From positions 4,131 to 68,130 of the forward strand of contig CAVWHP010000012.1 of the NCBI GenBank assembly GCA_963754825.1: a stretch of 64,000 bases of DNA, in the 5' to 3' direction. Position 1 is the first letter of the stretch, and each line of letters begins with the position of its first letter. The translations under genes were made by a program, and so were the position numbers. Source of the stretch: an uncultured delta proteobacterium (GTDB lineage: Bacteria > Desulfobacterota > Desulfobulbia > Desulfobulbales > Desulfobulbaceae). Under the pieces are notes generated by a model, which was not told the origin of the DNA, ran no database searches, and saw only the letters and a program-made list of their open reading frames with translations. Of the stretch, positions 53,359 through 62,666 are shown piece by piece.

Positions 53359-54528
53359 CTAATCGTAAAGGAAAAGGACCTGGCAGCGCTGTTTGTAGGT
53401 CTCCAGATCGGCCTGCCAGGCCCCCTCCAGGTCGGCCACGGGCACGCCGTTCTCCAATCCCTCCCGAACCTGCCGGTCACCGATGAGCAGATCCATGGGC
53501 AACCGCTCGAACTCATATTCATAGGGCGGCGCCTTGTAGGCGAACCCCTCCGGGTAGAGATGCCGCAGGGCCTGCAACAGGGCAAGGCTGGTGCGGTAGG
53601 GACGAAACACATCGGGGTTGGTGACGTGGATCTGGAAGCCGCCGCAGGCCTGTCCAGCCCATTTGCCCGAGGTCGGTTCGAAACAGAGCGGCCGTAGACA
53701 GCAGCCGGCCAGGTCTGCCGGGCGCAGGGCGCCCTGCACTGCCCGGTGGTCGACAAAGGGGGCGCCGAACAGCTCGAACGGCAGGGTCGTGCCCCGCCCT
53801 TCGGAGATGTTCGTCCCCTCCCAGAGCACCTGGCCGGGATAGACCAGGGCCGTGGCAAAGGCCGGCATGTTGGGCGAGGGAAAGACCCAGGGCAGGCCGG
53901 TGGCCGGGGCGAGCATCTGCCGCCGCCACCCCTGCACAGGCACGATCTCGAGGTTCGCGCCGATGGCCATCTCCTGGTTGCAGAACAGGGCCAGTTCCCC
54001 CATGGTCAGGCCGTGGCGCATGGGGATGGCGCACCGACCGACAAAGGAGGCGCAATCGGGTCGAAGCAGGTTGCCCTCCATCAGCTGCCCGCCGATGGGG
54101 TTGGGCCGATCGAGAATAACCACTCTGGTGCCGGTTTCGGCCGCGGTCTCGAGACAGTGGACCACGGTCCAGATGAAGGTATAGACGCGGGTGCCGACAT
54201 CGATCAGGTCCACCAGCAGTACATCGATGTCCGCGAACATCGCCGGCGAGGGCCGCCGGGTCTCGCCGTAGAGGGAATACACCGGCAGCCCGGTCTCCGC
54301 ATCAATGGCGTGGTCCGACTCGATCATGTTGTCCTGCTTTTCGCTATAGAACCCGTGCTGCGGCGAAAAAAGACAAGTCAACTGCCCGGGGTAGGCACGG
54401 CGCAGCAGATCCCGGCTGTGGGTGAAATGGCGGTCGGTGGAGGCCTGGTTGGCGAGCAGACCGAGTCGTCTGCCGCAGAGCGACTCCAGCGAAGACCGGC
54501 AGACCTGTTCGACACCTGTGCGGATCAC
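53359..54528 (-). CDS. namZ: Exo-beta-N-acetylmuramidase NamZ (DUF1343)
   Basis: LFSPQHG, SLYG, DVGTRVYTF, LDRPNP, RHGLTMGE, PSPNMP, SEGRGTT.PFE. Confidence 0.9.
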   Translation of the reverse strand: MIRTGVEQVCRSSLESLCGRRLGLLANQASTDRHFTHSRDLLRRAYPGQLTCLFSPQHGFYSEKQDNMIESDHAIDAETGLPVYSLYGETRRPSPAMFADIDVLLVDLIDVGTRVYTFIWTVVHCLETAAETGTRVVILDRPNPIGGQLMEGNLLRPDCASFVGRCAIPMRHGLTMGELALFCNQEMAIGANLEIVPVQGWRRQMLAPATGLPWVFPSPNMPAFATALVYPGQVLWEGTNISEGRGTTLPFELFGAPFVDHRAVQGALRPADLAGCCLRPLCFEPTSGKWAGQACGGFQIHVTNPDVFRPYRTSLALLQALRHLYPEGFAYKAPPYEYEFERLPMDLLIGDRQVREGLENGVPVADLEGAWQADLETYKQRCQVLFLYD

Positions 54529-54555
54529 GCTCCCTCCCTATTGAACTGAAGAATA

Positions 54556-54595
54556 GTCACCGGCAGCGGTCCGTCACCGGCAGCGGTCGTCACCG
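54556..54595. repeat. 16-bp direct repeat (two copies plus a partial) in the namZ leader
   Basis: GTCACCGGCAGCGGTC at 54556 and 54573, GTCACCG at 54589. Confidence 0.7.
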
Positions 54596-54741
54596 ACCCT
54601 CCCCTTCTAGCGGAACAGCCCGGCTTCGTCAAGGCGCTTACAGGGTACCCTGTCGACCGGAAGACCGACGTTTGTACTGGAACCGGGCCGCTCGCTCGCC
54701 ACCCCGGCCGAGCCGCCACACGGCCTGAGGGACTGTGCTGT

Positions 54742-54900
54742 GCAAATTTTTTTCTTCTTATTTTTAATATTAAAATCAATCACATGAACAAATCATACAT
54801 CTTCTTTGTTCAAAATTTTGTATTTTTTGTCTTGCGGGATATTGCCAACCAAACTCCGGAATGTTATATTGGCATCAAATTTCAGGGGATACATGGTCCG
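54742..54900. promoter_or_regulatory. AT-rich regulatory region with an IHF-like site
   Basis: A/T tract followed by AATCAATCACATG, close to WATCAANNNNTTR, upstream of the OMP gene. Confidence 0.5.
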
Positions 54901-55024
54901 TCAACGGCACAACAAGGTTGCCGGACAAACGTCCCGGGAAAAAGGCGACTGCTGGTTAGAAAAAACCCGGTGTTTGGGCAATAACGCCCGAAAAATCATA
55001 GTTCTGTAAAAAAAGGAGAGTATC

Positions 55025-55789
55025 ATGAAAAAAGTTTTGAGCGTATTGGCCGTTTCCGCCTTTGTCCTGACCGCAGGTTCCGCCCTGGCCGGTGGCCCTG
55101 GCAAGATGCAGCAGGCAGCCGGCTGCCCGGACGAGTGCCAGCAGCAGATTGATGAAATGCAGGGTGGCCAGGCACAGCAGAACGAGCGTTTGGACGGCCA
55201 TGACAAGCAGCTGCAGGACCACGAGGGCCGGATCAAGACCTTGGAAGACGGCAGTGGCTACGGTCCCTGGTATGTCCGCGGTGGTTTGAAGCTGGTTTGG
55301 CCGAATCAGGTTGACTTCCAGAGCAACGATCTCGACTCCGATATGGGCTGGGGCTTCCAGGCCGCCGTTGGTAAGGTCTTCCCGGCCGACTACGGTTCGT
55401 TCCGTCTCGAGTTCGAGTTCGGTGACCAGTTTGCCGACATGGAGGACAGCGACGGCGAAGTTGCTCTGACCACCTACATGATCAACGGCTATTATGAAAT
55501 GCCGATCGATGACATGTTCGCCCTGTACGCCACCGCGGGCGCCGGTTACGGCCGCTATGACATCGACGCTGGCATTGTCAACCCCACCGACGGCATGGGC
55601 TACATCAACCACTCGGAAGACGTCTTCGCCTACAAGGGCGGCGCCGGTGCCACCTACAACATCAACGAGCAGATGGCCGTGGATCTGGGCTACGAGTACC
55701 TGGGCACCTCCCACGCAACCATCAACGGCGCCGAGGTCAACAAGATCGGCAGCCACAACATCGTCACCTCCTTCCGCTTCATGTTCTAA
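55025..55789 (+). CDS. Outer-membrane beta-barrel protein (OmpA/Opa-like) with N-terminal coiled coil
   Basis: AAGGAG RBS, signal peptide, YMINGYYE, YATAGAGY, FAYKGGAG, DLGYEY, terminal Phe. Confidence 0.9.
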   Translation: MKKVLSVLAVSAFVLTAGSALAGGPGKMQQAAGCPDECQQQIDEMQGGQAQQNERLDGHDKQLQDHEGRIKTLEDGSGYGPWYVRGGLKLVWPNQVDFQSNDLDSDMGWGFQAAVGKVFPADYGSFRLEFEFGDQFADMEDSDGEVALTTYMINGYYEMPIDDMFALYATAGAGYGRYDIDAGIVNPTDGMGYINHSEDVFAYKGGAGATYNINEQMAVDLGYEYLGTSHATINGAEVNKIGSHNIVTSFRFMF

Positions 55790-55812
55790 TCTCTGCCGAA
55801 GCGGCCGTATGC

Positions 55813-55849
55813 AACAGCCTTCCGGGTTTCCGGAAGGCTGTTTTTTTTT
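55813..55849 (+). terminator. Rho-independent terminator
   Basis: AACAGCCTTCCGG/CCGGAAGGCTGTT stem plus T run. Confidence 0.9.
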
Positions 55850-56074
55850 GCCTGTCCCTTGTCTCGTTTTCGCGGCAGTACTTTAGGGGCTTGGCCGCCC
55901 TTGTCACCGCTCTTTGATCGTGGCGTGGGCCGTTCGCGCCGCACAAAGGTGGCCGGCCGGCCAACCGTGCTTAATCGATCTCCCATCCCCTGACTCAGGA
56001 ATTTTTCCCTTTTTGTCGCACGCCGTGGTAGTGTTTTGTCGCCGTCACACTTCCGGCGGCAAGGAAGGTAACTC

Positions 56075-56359
56075 ATGAAACTGCGAACCCTGTGTGTCCT
56101 CCTGCCGGCCCTGCTGTGCGGGGGTTGCGTGGCTGTCCCCTACTATTATGACCAACCCTCACCCTATTCCGGCTACTCCAGCCCCTACTATTATTCCTCC
56201 CCCTATACAACCTACCGGGGGCCCTACGCCTATGCTGCGCCCGCCTGGCCGTACGCCTATGCCTGGCCTTCTTTTTCCTTTTCCTACTGGAACGGCGGCC
56301 ATTCCCATTACCGCGGCGGCCACCATCGGTATCCACGCCACCGGTCCCGTTGGCACTGA
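56075..56359 (+). CDS. Small Tyr/Pro-rich lipoprotein
   Basis: GGAAGG RBS, lipobox LCGGC, low-complexity body. Confidence 0.7.
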   Translation: MKLRTLCVLLPALLCGGCVAVPYYYDQPSPYSGYSSPYYYSSPYTTYRGPYAYAAPAWPYAYAWPSFSFSYWNGGHSHYRGGHHRYPRHRSRWH

Positions 56360-56424
56360 CCACCAGTCAGCCGCCTTCCAAGCCCTGACCCTGTCGCCGA
56401 CAGGACGGACAACAGCGCCCTGCA

Positions 56425-57498
56425 ATGATCGACGAGACGTCCTCCCTGCGGCTTAAACTGCTCCGCTTTCCGCCCATCATCGGCGTGGTCTACATCCACG
56501 CCTACTTCACCGCCATCCGCTTCGCGCACGGAACAATCGGGACCGAAGATCTCAACCCGCTCACCGATTTCATCCGCGTGCTCATCTCGCAAGGTATAGC
56601 CCGGGTGGCGGTGCCCCTCTTCTTCCTGATGTCGGGCTACCTGTTTTTCGCCAATTTCCGCTGGTCGCAGCAAACTTTTGCCCGCAAGGTCACGACCAGG
56701 ATGCGCACCCTCCTGATCCCCTTCCTGTTCTGGAGCACCGCGACCCTGGCGTTTTACGCCGTTGTCCAGGCCATCCCTGTGTTGGCCCCCTATTTCTCCG
56801 GTCCCACCGCCCTGATCAGGGAACTGCCGCTCCAGGACTATGCCAATGTACTCATTGGCTTCAAAGGCTACCCGATCGCCTACCATTTCTGGTTCATACG
56901 CGACCTCATGGTGCTGGTGCTGCTGGCGCCCCTCATCGCCCTCATTCTTCGCTCCGCCGCCCTGCCGTTTCTGCTGGCAGTCTACCTGCTCTGGGTGAGT
57001 GGCAAATGGCCGGTCTATATACCCGACTCCGCCGGTGTCCTGTTCTTCTCCGCCGGGGCGCTCTGCGCCCTGCGTGGCCGGGACCTGTTCTTCCTCGACC
57101 GTTACGGTCCTGCCGTTTGTCTCGCCTACATCCCCATCCTGCTGATCGACGTGGTCTGGCACACCGCCTGGTTCAACATCTATCTGCACCGAACCGGGTT
57201 GATCGTCGGCGTCCTCGCGGCCCTGTACGCCACCAAACTCGCACTCCGTCACGAGCGGCTGAAACAGACCTTGCTGGCCCTCGGCAGCGCCAGTTTTTTT
57301 GTCTACGCAGCCCATGAACCGTTGCTCATGGTCCTGCGCATGCTCGCCTACAGCCACATTCCGCTGGACGGGCCCTATACGGTCCTGACCATTTATCTCC
57401 TTCTGCCGGCCCTGCTCATCGCCTTCCTTGTCCTCTGCCACGGAGCGCTGCAGCGGATCTGTCCGCGCCTGCTCAGCCTGGTCACCGGCGGCCGCTGA
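56425..57498 (+). CDS. Acyltransferase family 3 membrane protein
   Basis: VVYIH, AVPLFFLMSGYL, R..TLLIPF..W, HFWFIRDL, SFFVYAAH. Confidence 0.9.
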   Translation: MIDETSSLRLKLLRFPPIIGVVYIHAYFTAIRFAHGTIGTEDLNPLTDFIRVLISQGIARVAVPLFFLMSGYLFFANFRWSQQTFARKVTTRMRTLLIPFLFWSTATLAFYAVVQAIPVLAPYFSGPTALIRELPLQDYANVLIGFKGYPIAYHFWFIRDLMVLVLLAPLIALILRSAALPFLLAVYLLWVSGKWPVYIPDSAGVLFFSAGALCALRGRDLFFLDRYGPAVCLAYIPILLIDVVWHTAWFNIYLHRTGLIVGVLAALYATKLALRHERLKQTLLALGSASFFVYAAHEPLLMVLRMLAYSHIPLDGPYTVLTIYLLLPALLIAFLVLCHGALQRICPRLLSLVTGGR

Positions 57499-57659
57499 AC
57501 GCGACCGTGCCTTTGCACCGCGCACCACAGACGGCCGCCGGCAGCGCGTGCAAACCCATGCAGGCCGTCCCAGAGACGCACCTTGCGGTACAGGCCGTAT
57601 CCGGTGTATAAGAAGGGTCCCGTCCCGGCGGCGGACCGGTTGTCTCACCTTCCAGGGGA

Positions 57660-58469
57660 ATGTCCTGCGTGCACCTTCAAGAAAAAGCCGGGCGACTGGC
57701 CGCCATCCTGCTGGAGTGCAAACAACTGGCCATCGCCTTTTCCGGTGGCATCGACAGCGGGCTGCTGCTGAAATGCGCACTGGACGTGCTGGGTGCCGGC
57801 AACGTGCTCGTTCTTTTCGCCCAATCCGAGCTGCTCAGGAACGACGAAATCGAGCGGGCGAAGAATTGGCCGGCAGCCAACGGCTACCCGCGCGGGATCG
57901 AACTGGAGACGGTCAACGTCCAACCGCTTGCCTGGAAGGAATTTGTCACCAACGATGCAGACCGCTGCTACTTCTGCAAGCTCCGGCTCTATACGCTGTT
58001 CAGAGAACGAATGGCGAAACGGGGATTTTCCCTGCTGGTCGACGGCACCAACATTGACGACCTGAAGAGCGGTCGGCCGGGGTTGCGGGCCATTCACGAA
58101 CTGGGCGTGCGCATGCCCCTGGTGGAGGCCGGCCTGGACAAAGGTGAGGTGCGTCGCTACAGCCGCCAGTTGGGTCTGGTTGACTGGAACTGCCCCTCCT
58201 CCTCCTGTCTGGCCACCCGGATTCCCACCGGACTGCAGATCACCGGGAAACGGCTCGACCAGATCCGCCACTGGGAGCACGGCCTGGAACAGTTTGGCTT
58301 TATCGGCTGCAGGGTGCGGCTGGACGGCCCTGGCGAGGCCACAGTCTGCGTGCAGTTGGCCGAAGCGGATTTCGGCCAACTCGGCGATCCGGGCATCAGG
58401 CTGTCTTTACTTCGCTTTTTTCAGAACAGCGGCATCCGCAGGGTGCTCTTCGACCTCGAGGGCAGGTGA
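57660..58469 (+). CDS. larE: ATP-dependent sulfur transferase LarE family (PP-loop)
   Basis: AFSGGIDS, RCYFCK, DGTNIDD..RPGLRA, SSSCLATRIP. Confidence 0.88.
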   Translation: MSCVHLQEKAGRLAAILLECKQLAIAFSGGIDSGLLLKCALDVLGAGNVLVLFAQSELLRNDEIERAKNWPAANGYPRGIELETVNVQPLAWKEFVTNDADRCYFCKLRLYTLFRERMAKRGFSLLVDGTNIDDLKSGRPGLRAIHELGVRMPLVEAGLDKGEVRRYSRQLGLVDWNCPSSSCLATRIPTGLQITGKRLDQIRHWEHGLEQFGFIGCRVRLDGPGEATVCVQLAEADFGQLGDPGIRLSLLRFFQNSGIRRVLFDLEGR

Positions 58470-58650
58470 GCCAGGTATGTCCCGGAAGCGGCCAGATAGT
58501 ACGAATATCCAAGCGTTACGGGCTGTTGACCGGGATTTTTTTCCTTTGACAAAGAATTCTTTTTTTATTTTAGTTTCCGAGTTGTCGACAGGTGCCGCGT
58601 CGGGATGAACCTGACTGTTCTGGCAATGCATAAATCACCGGGAGGGAAGA

Positions 58651-58923
58651 ATGAACAAGAAAGAACTGGTTGAATCCATGGCGGAGGCGGCGGACATCAG
58701 TAAAGCCGCAGCCGAGAAGGCACTCAATGGCATGCTCATGACGATCTCCGAGGCACTGTCCAAGGGAGACAAAGTGACGCTGGTTGGGTTCGGTACCTTT
58801 TCCACGGTCAAGCGCACCGAGCGCCAGGCCAAGAACCCGCGCACCGGGGCTATGATCAAGATTCCGGCGAAAACCGTGGCCAAATTCAAACCAGGCAGCA
58901 AATTGACGGATGCTGTCAACTGA
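58651..58923 (+). CDS. hup: DNA-binding protein HU
   Basis: MNKKELVE, VTLVGFGTF, KNPRTG, FKPG. Confidence 0.95.
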   Translation: MNKKELVESMAEAADISKAAAEKALNGMLMTISEALSKGDKVTLVGFGTFSTVKRTERQAKNPRTGAMIKIPAKTVAKFKPGSKLTDAVN

Positions 58924-58949
58924 GACATCCCTTCGGTAACGATGCGCAC

Positions 58950-58981
58950 AAACAGCTGGCCGATGGCCGGCTGTTTTTTTT
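58950..58981 (+). terminator. Rho-independent terminator after hup
   Basis: AAACAGCTGGCC-GAT-GGCCGGCTGTTT plus T run. Confidence 0.8.
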
Positions 58982-59198
58982 GTGCGCTCCGCGCGCTGCC
59001 TCCTGCCTGTAGCGACCTTGCCCGCGACCGGATCGGGCCTTTCCTCCATCCGACCCGGGTTCTTTTCCCGGCGCAGGCGCCCAATTCGACTCAAATTAGG
59101 CTGGACATGGCAAACAGACTGTGCTAAAGGAAAGCCCGCATTGATCAAGACGAGAGCGTCGGTCTGATACCGCACAAACGTCAACAACGCACCAAAGT

Positions 59199-59275
59199 CG
59201 GGAAGTGGCTCAGCCTGGTAGAGCACAGCGTTCGGGACGCTGGGGTCGGAGGTTCGAATCCTCTCTTCCCGACCA
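59199..59275 (+). tRNA. tRNA-Pro (anticodon CGG)
   Basis: 77-nt cloverleaf: CGGGAAG/CTTCCCG acceptor stem, CAGCG-TTCGGGA-CGCTG anticodon arm, GGTTCGAATCC T arm, 3' ACCA. Confidence 0.97.
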
Positions 59276-59285
59276 TGAGAAAAGC

Positions 59286-59328
59286 AAAAACGGCCGGCAT
59301 CGGGTATCCCGATGCCGGCCGTTTTTTT
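59286..59328. terminator. Bidirectional Rho-independent terminator
   Basis: A5-CGGCCGGCATCGGG-TAT-CCCGATGCCGGCCG-T7. Confidence 0.9.
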
Positions 59329-59559
59329 AGGTGATACGATGGAGGTTCAAGTGCGGATACCTTTCGTCCCTTCGGAGTCACGCGGACCTTCGGCGCCCAA
59401 GGGATCACGGTTTCGCCCCCCTCTTTTGAGTGGAAAAGCCGGATCGGCCTACCTATATTTCACCTATGTCGTGACGAGAAGGCTGAATGGGCTGCGCGCC
59501 GCCCTCCCATTCAGGACCAGTCAGCCCGTCCTTTTTTCCCTGCCCTGTTGAGGTCTGCC

Positions 59560-60000
59560 ATGAACCTGATCGCCGTTTGCCCCGGATGCGGGGCCAAAAA
59601 CAGGATTCCCTCGGACAAAGAGCATCTGAACTCCAAATGTGGCCGTTGCGGCGCCCCACTCAAAGATGCGCCACGCTCCGGCCGGGTCAACCCGCTTACC
59701 GACAACGGATTCCAGCAGCAGGTCGAACGCTGCCCCCTGCCGGTACTGGTCGACTTCTACTCCCCGACCTGCGGTCCCTGCCGGACCATCGCCCCGCTCA
59801 TCGAAGCCATTGCCCACCGCTATGCCGGTCGGCTGATGGTGTTCAAGATCGACACCTCCAGCCAGCAGCGGCAAGCCGGCCGCTTCAACATTCGCGGGGT
59901 GCCGACCCTGCTGTTCTTCAAAGGAGGCGAACTCATCGACCAGATGGTCGGTGCCGCGCCGCAGGAGGAGATCGAACGGCTGATCGGGCGGGTCCTGTGA
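59560..60000 (+). CDS. trxC: Thioredoxin 2 with N-terminal Zn finger
   Basis: CPGCGAKNRIP..CGRC, VDFYSPTCGPC, IRGVPT. Confidence 0.9.
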   Translation: MNLIAVCPGCGAKNRIPSDKEHLNSKCGRCGAPLKDAPRSGRVNPLTDNGFQQQVERCPLPVLVDFYSPTCGPCRTIAPLIEAIAHRYAGRLMVFKIDTSSQQRQAGRFNIRGVPTLLFFKGGELIDQMVGAAPQEEIERLIGRVL

Positions 60001-60032
60001 CCCACCGTGGCCGGAGCGGTTGAAAAAAGCCT

Positions 60033-60059
60033 TCAGCTTTTGCGGCCTGCTGCCGAAAA
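60033..60059 (+). promoter_or_regulatory. Candidate sigma-28 (FliA) promoter
   Basis: TCAG-N15-GCCGAAAA upstream of the FlgO-like genes. Confidence 0.5.
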
Positions 60060-60102
60060 ACAGGTACACGGGCCTGTGCCCGGTCACCTTTTGCCCGGAG
60101 TC

Positions 60103-60826
60103 ATGATGCCTTACCGCCTGTTCCTGCCCATGCTGGTCACGGTGCTCTGCCTGGCCTCGGGGTGTGTCCGCATGCCCCAACCACAGGGGTTTCCCTACTC
60201 GAACCAGCCGAAAATGCAGGCCGCCCACCACTGGAACGTGCTGGCCAACGATGTTGCCAACCGGATCAACAATGAACTGATCCGCCGGAACTACCTCGAC
60301 TCGGCCCTGCATGTCCGCCACAACTGCACCAAACCGGACGGATGCGGACCGGGCAGTGCCTCCCCCTTTGACGAGGGGTTCAACGACCTGCTCACCACCC
60401 AACTGGTCGATTTCGGCATCGACACCCGGGCCGCGGCAGACGGCGCCAGCCTCATCGTCGACTACAAGGTGCAGGTGGTGCACCACCGCGCGGTCCGCTC
60501 CCAGTGGCCCCAGCCCGGCGTGCTCACCGCCCTGGCTACCGGCGTCACCGTGCTGCGCGACGCGCCCTGGGAACTCATCACCATCGCCTCGGCGGCAGCG
60601 GTGGACACGCTGCGCGCCACCTCGGTGCTCAACGAACACGACGAGGTCATCATCACCACCTCGATCATGGACGGGGACCGTTACCTGTTGCGCACCTCGG
60701 ACATCTACTACATCAACGACGCCGACAGCTGGCAGTACCGCCAGCCCGCACCGGCCGCGGAAATCAGACTGACCGGCGGTCATGCCGCCCCGGTCGCGGC
60801 GGAACCGCCCGCCCCATCGCTTATGA
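60103..60826 (+). CDS. Lipoprotein, hypothetical; as assembled it reads in frame into the FlgO-like gene
   Basis: GGAG RBS, lipobox LASGC; its stop is probably the TGA of ATGA at 60823-60826, masked by a +1 indel. Confidence 0.7.
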
Positions 60827-61467
60827 AGCGACCCGCCTCCACCCAGGCCCTTCCCTGGCTGCTCTTTCTCCTGCTGCTCGCCGCCGGTTGCAGCAATCTG
60901 AATGGCACCCGGCTCGAACCGGTGCTCGGCGCGGACGTCAACCTGGTACGGCTCGGCGACCGGGTGGCCGAGTCGCTGCTCACCCAGGCCGTGCCGCCGC
61001 TCCTGCCCCGCCAGCCGGACCAGCCGGTCCTGATCACCACCCTGGTCAACAACGATCAGTTAACCGACACCTCCAGCTTCGGTCGCAGTTTCCAGAACAA
61101 CCTGGCCGCCGGCTTCGTCAGCCGCGGTTATGCAATCAAGGAGATCAAACTGCGCCGGGATCTGCTGGTCCGGGAGGATCAGGGCGAATTCATGCTCACC
61201 CGCGACCTGCAGGAGATGGCCGGCACCCAGCGCGCCCAGGCCATTGTCCTTGGCACCTACACCCTGGCCAACCGGGTCATGTACCTGTCGGTGCGCCTGG
61301 TCGACCCGGCCGACCAGACCATCCGGGCCGCTTACGAGGACCGGCTCACCCTGGACGCCAACAGCCTGCGGCTGTTGGGACTCCAGTTCGACAACAACGC
61401 CGGCTGCGGTCCATCCGGGCCGGTTTGTCCCCCCACCCCGTCCGTCCTCGACCGGGTCCTCTACTGA
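60823..61467 (+). CDS. flgO: FlgO-family outer-membrane lipoprotein
   Basis: Own signal peptide and LAAGC lipobox; ITTLVN..L..TSSFGR, GEFMLTRD, VLGTY, VRLVD. Confidence 0.78.
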   Translation: MKRPASTQALPWLLFLLLLAAGCSNLNGTRLEPVLGADVNLVRLGDRVAESLLTQAVPPLLPRQPDQPVLITTLVNNDQLTDTSSFGRSFQNNLAAGFVSRGYAIKEIKLRRDLLVREDQGEFMLTRDLQEMAGTQRAQAIVLGTYTLANRVMYLSVRLVDPADQTIRAAYEDRLTLDANSLRLLGLQFDNNAGCGPSGPVCPPTPSVLDRVLY

Positions 61468-61489
61468 GCCCCGCCTGTCCCGGCTGCAC

Positions 61490-62338
61490 TCAGGAGGTGT
61501 GGCCGGCGATGTCCCGGACCCGGGACCGTTTCCTCCTGGTCAGGCCGATGGCCTGGATCGCCTGCACGGAGATCTCCTCGATGGATCGCCCCTCGACATT
61601 GAGGGTCTTGATGTTGTGGCGCAGGAACAGGCTCTTGGCCTGCTGCAGTTCGCGCGTGCAGTTGGCCAGGCTGGCGTAGGTGGAACCGGCGTAGCGTTTT
61701 TCGCGGATGTTGTGGAGGTAAAGCGGCGAGGAGGTCAGCCCGACCACCCGCTTGCGGTTGCGGACAATGTCCTTGGGCAGTTCGGGTTCCTCGAGGTGAT
61801 CCGAGGTGAGCGGGAAGTTGGCGGACTTCAGTTCCATGTGCGTGGCCAGGTAGATCGAAACCGGCGTTTTTCCTGAACGGGACACGCCCACCAGGATGAT
61901 ATCCGCCTCGTCGTACTCGTTGGTGCGGGTGCCGTCGTCATGGTCCAGGGAAAAATGGATGGCATCCACCCGTTTGTCCATCTTGGTGATGGTAAAGTGG
62001 CGGGAGTAGCCCGGCTCGCGCAGGGCCTTTATTTCCAGGGCCTGCTCAAGCAGTTCCAGGGTGTTGAGGAAGATGTCGAAGAACTGGACCTCGGGGTGAT
62101 CGAACACATCCCGGGTCTCCTGGTCCATGATGGTGCAGAAGACCAGCGGCTTGTCTCCCTTGGACTGCTTGCGGATGTAGTCCAGGGCCTTGCGGGCGTC
62201 GTCCGGAGACTGGATGAAGGGGAGTTTCTCCTCGCGGAAGCGGATGTTCTGGAACTGGGCGAGCAGGGCCTTGCCCATGTCCTCGGCGAGAATGGCGGTG
62301 GAACCGCTGACATAATAGACATCTTTGCTGGTGGTCAT
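61490..62338 (-). CDS. ppsR: PEP synthase/PPDK regulatory kinase-pyrophosphorylase (DUF299)
   Basis: AIHFSLDHDDG, ADIILVGVSRSGKTP.S.YLA, ANFPL, SIEE. Confidence 0.92.
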   Translation of the reverse strand: MTTSKDVYYVSGSTAILAEDMGKALLAQFQNIRFREEKLPFIQSPDDARKALDYIRKQSKGDKPLVFCTIMDQETRDVFDHPEVQFFDIFLNTLELLEQALEIKALREPGYSRHFTITKMDKRVDAIHFSLDHDDGTRTNEYDEADIILVGVSRSGKTPVSIYLATHMELKSANFPLTSDHLEEPELPKDIVRNRKRVVGLTSSPLYLHNIREKRYAGSTYASLANCTRELQQAKSLFLRHNIKTLNVEGRSIEEISVQAIQAIGLTRRKRSRVRDIAGHTS

Positions 62339-62613
62339 GGGCCCTCGACTGGGTCTTTTCGTTTGTGGCAGAACAGGCAGCGGAACTTGGGCGGGTGCGT
62401 CTCCGGCAGGGGGGCAACGCCCTGCGGCCCGTGACAGGCATCGCAGAATTTTTCCGCTTCCTTGCGTTTCATGGTCATGAACCGTTCATGATCCTGGTCG
62501 TGCGGTAACGGCCGCGTGGTTTCCGGTGGGGCCTGCAGCAGGAAGAGGAGAATCCCGGCGCAGGCCGCCAGAAACAGGCCGTTCATGAGGAGGTTTCGTT
62601 GTCTGGTGGTCAT
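62335..62613 (-). CDS. Small membrane-anchored diheme cytochrome c
   Basis: N-terminal TM segment; CDACH and CLFCH heme-binding motifs. Confidence 0.82.
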   Translation of the reverse strand: MTTRQRNLLMNGLFLAACAGILLFLLQAPPETTRPLPHDQDHERFMTMKRKEAEKFCDACHGPQGVAPLPETHPPKFRCLFCHKRKDPVEGP

Positions 62614-62666
62614 GGGGCAAGCCGGGGTGAGAGCGGAACAAGCGTCCGCAAGCAATGAGAATTGTT

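Noticed and set aside
54868..54885. Sigma-54 promoter TTGGCATCAAATTTCA
   Set aside because: It lacks the -12 GC at the required spacing
53300..59340. Lower-GC stretch next to tRNA-Pro as a genomic island
   Set aside because: It holds housekeeping genes (hup, namZ, OMP), with no integrase and no convincing tRNA 3'-end duplication
59355..59392. Hammerhead ribozyme on the minus strand (TGACTCCGAAGGGACGAAA)
   Set aside because: The CUGANGA core is absent (CGCGUGA) and stems I and II do not pair properly
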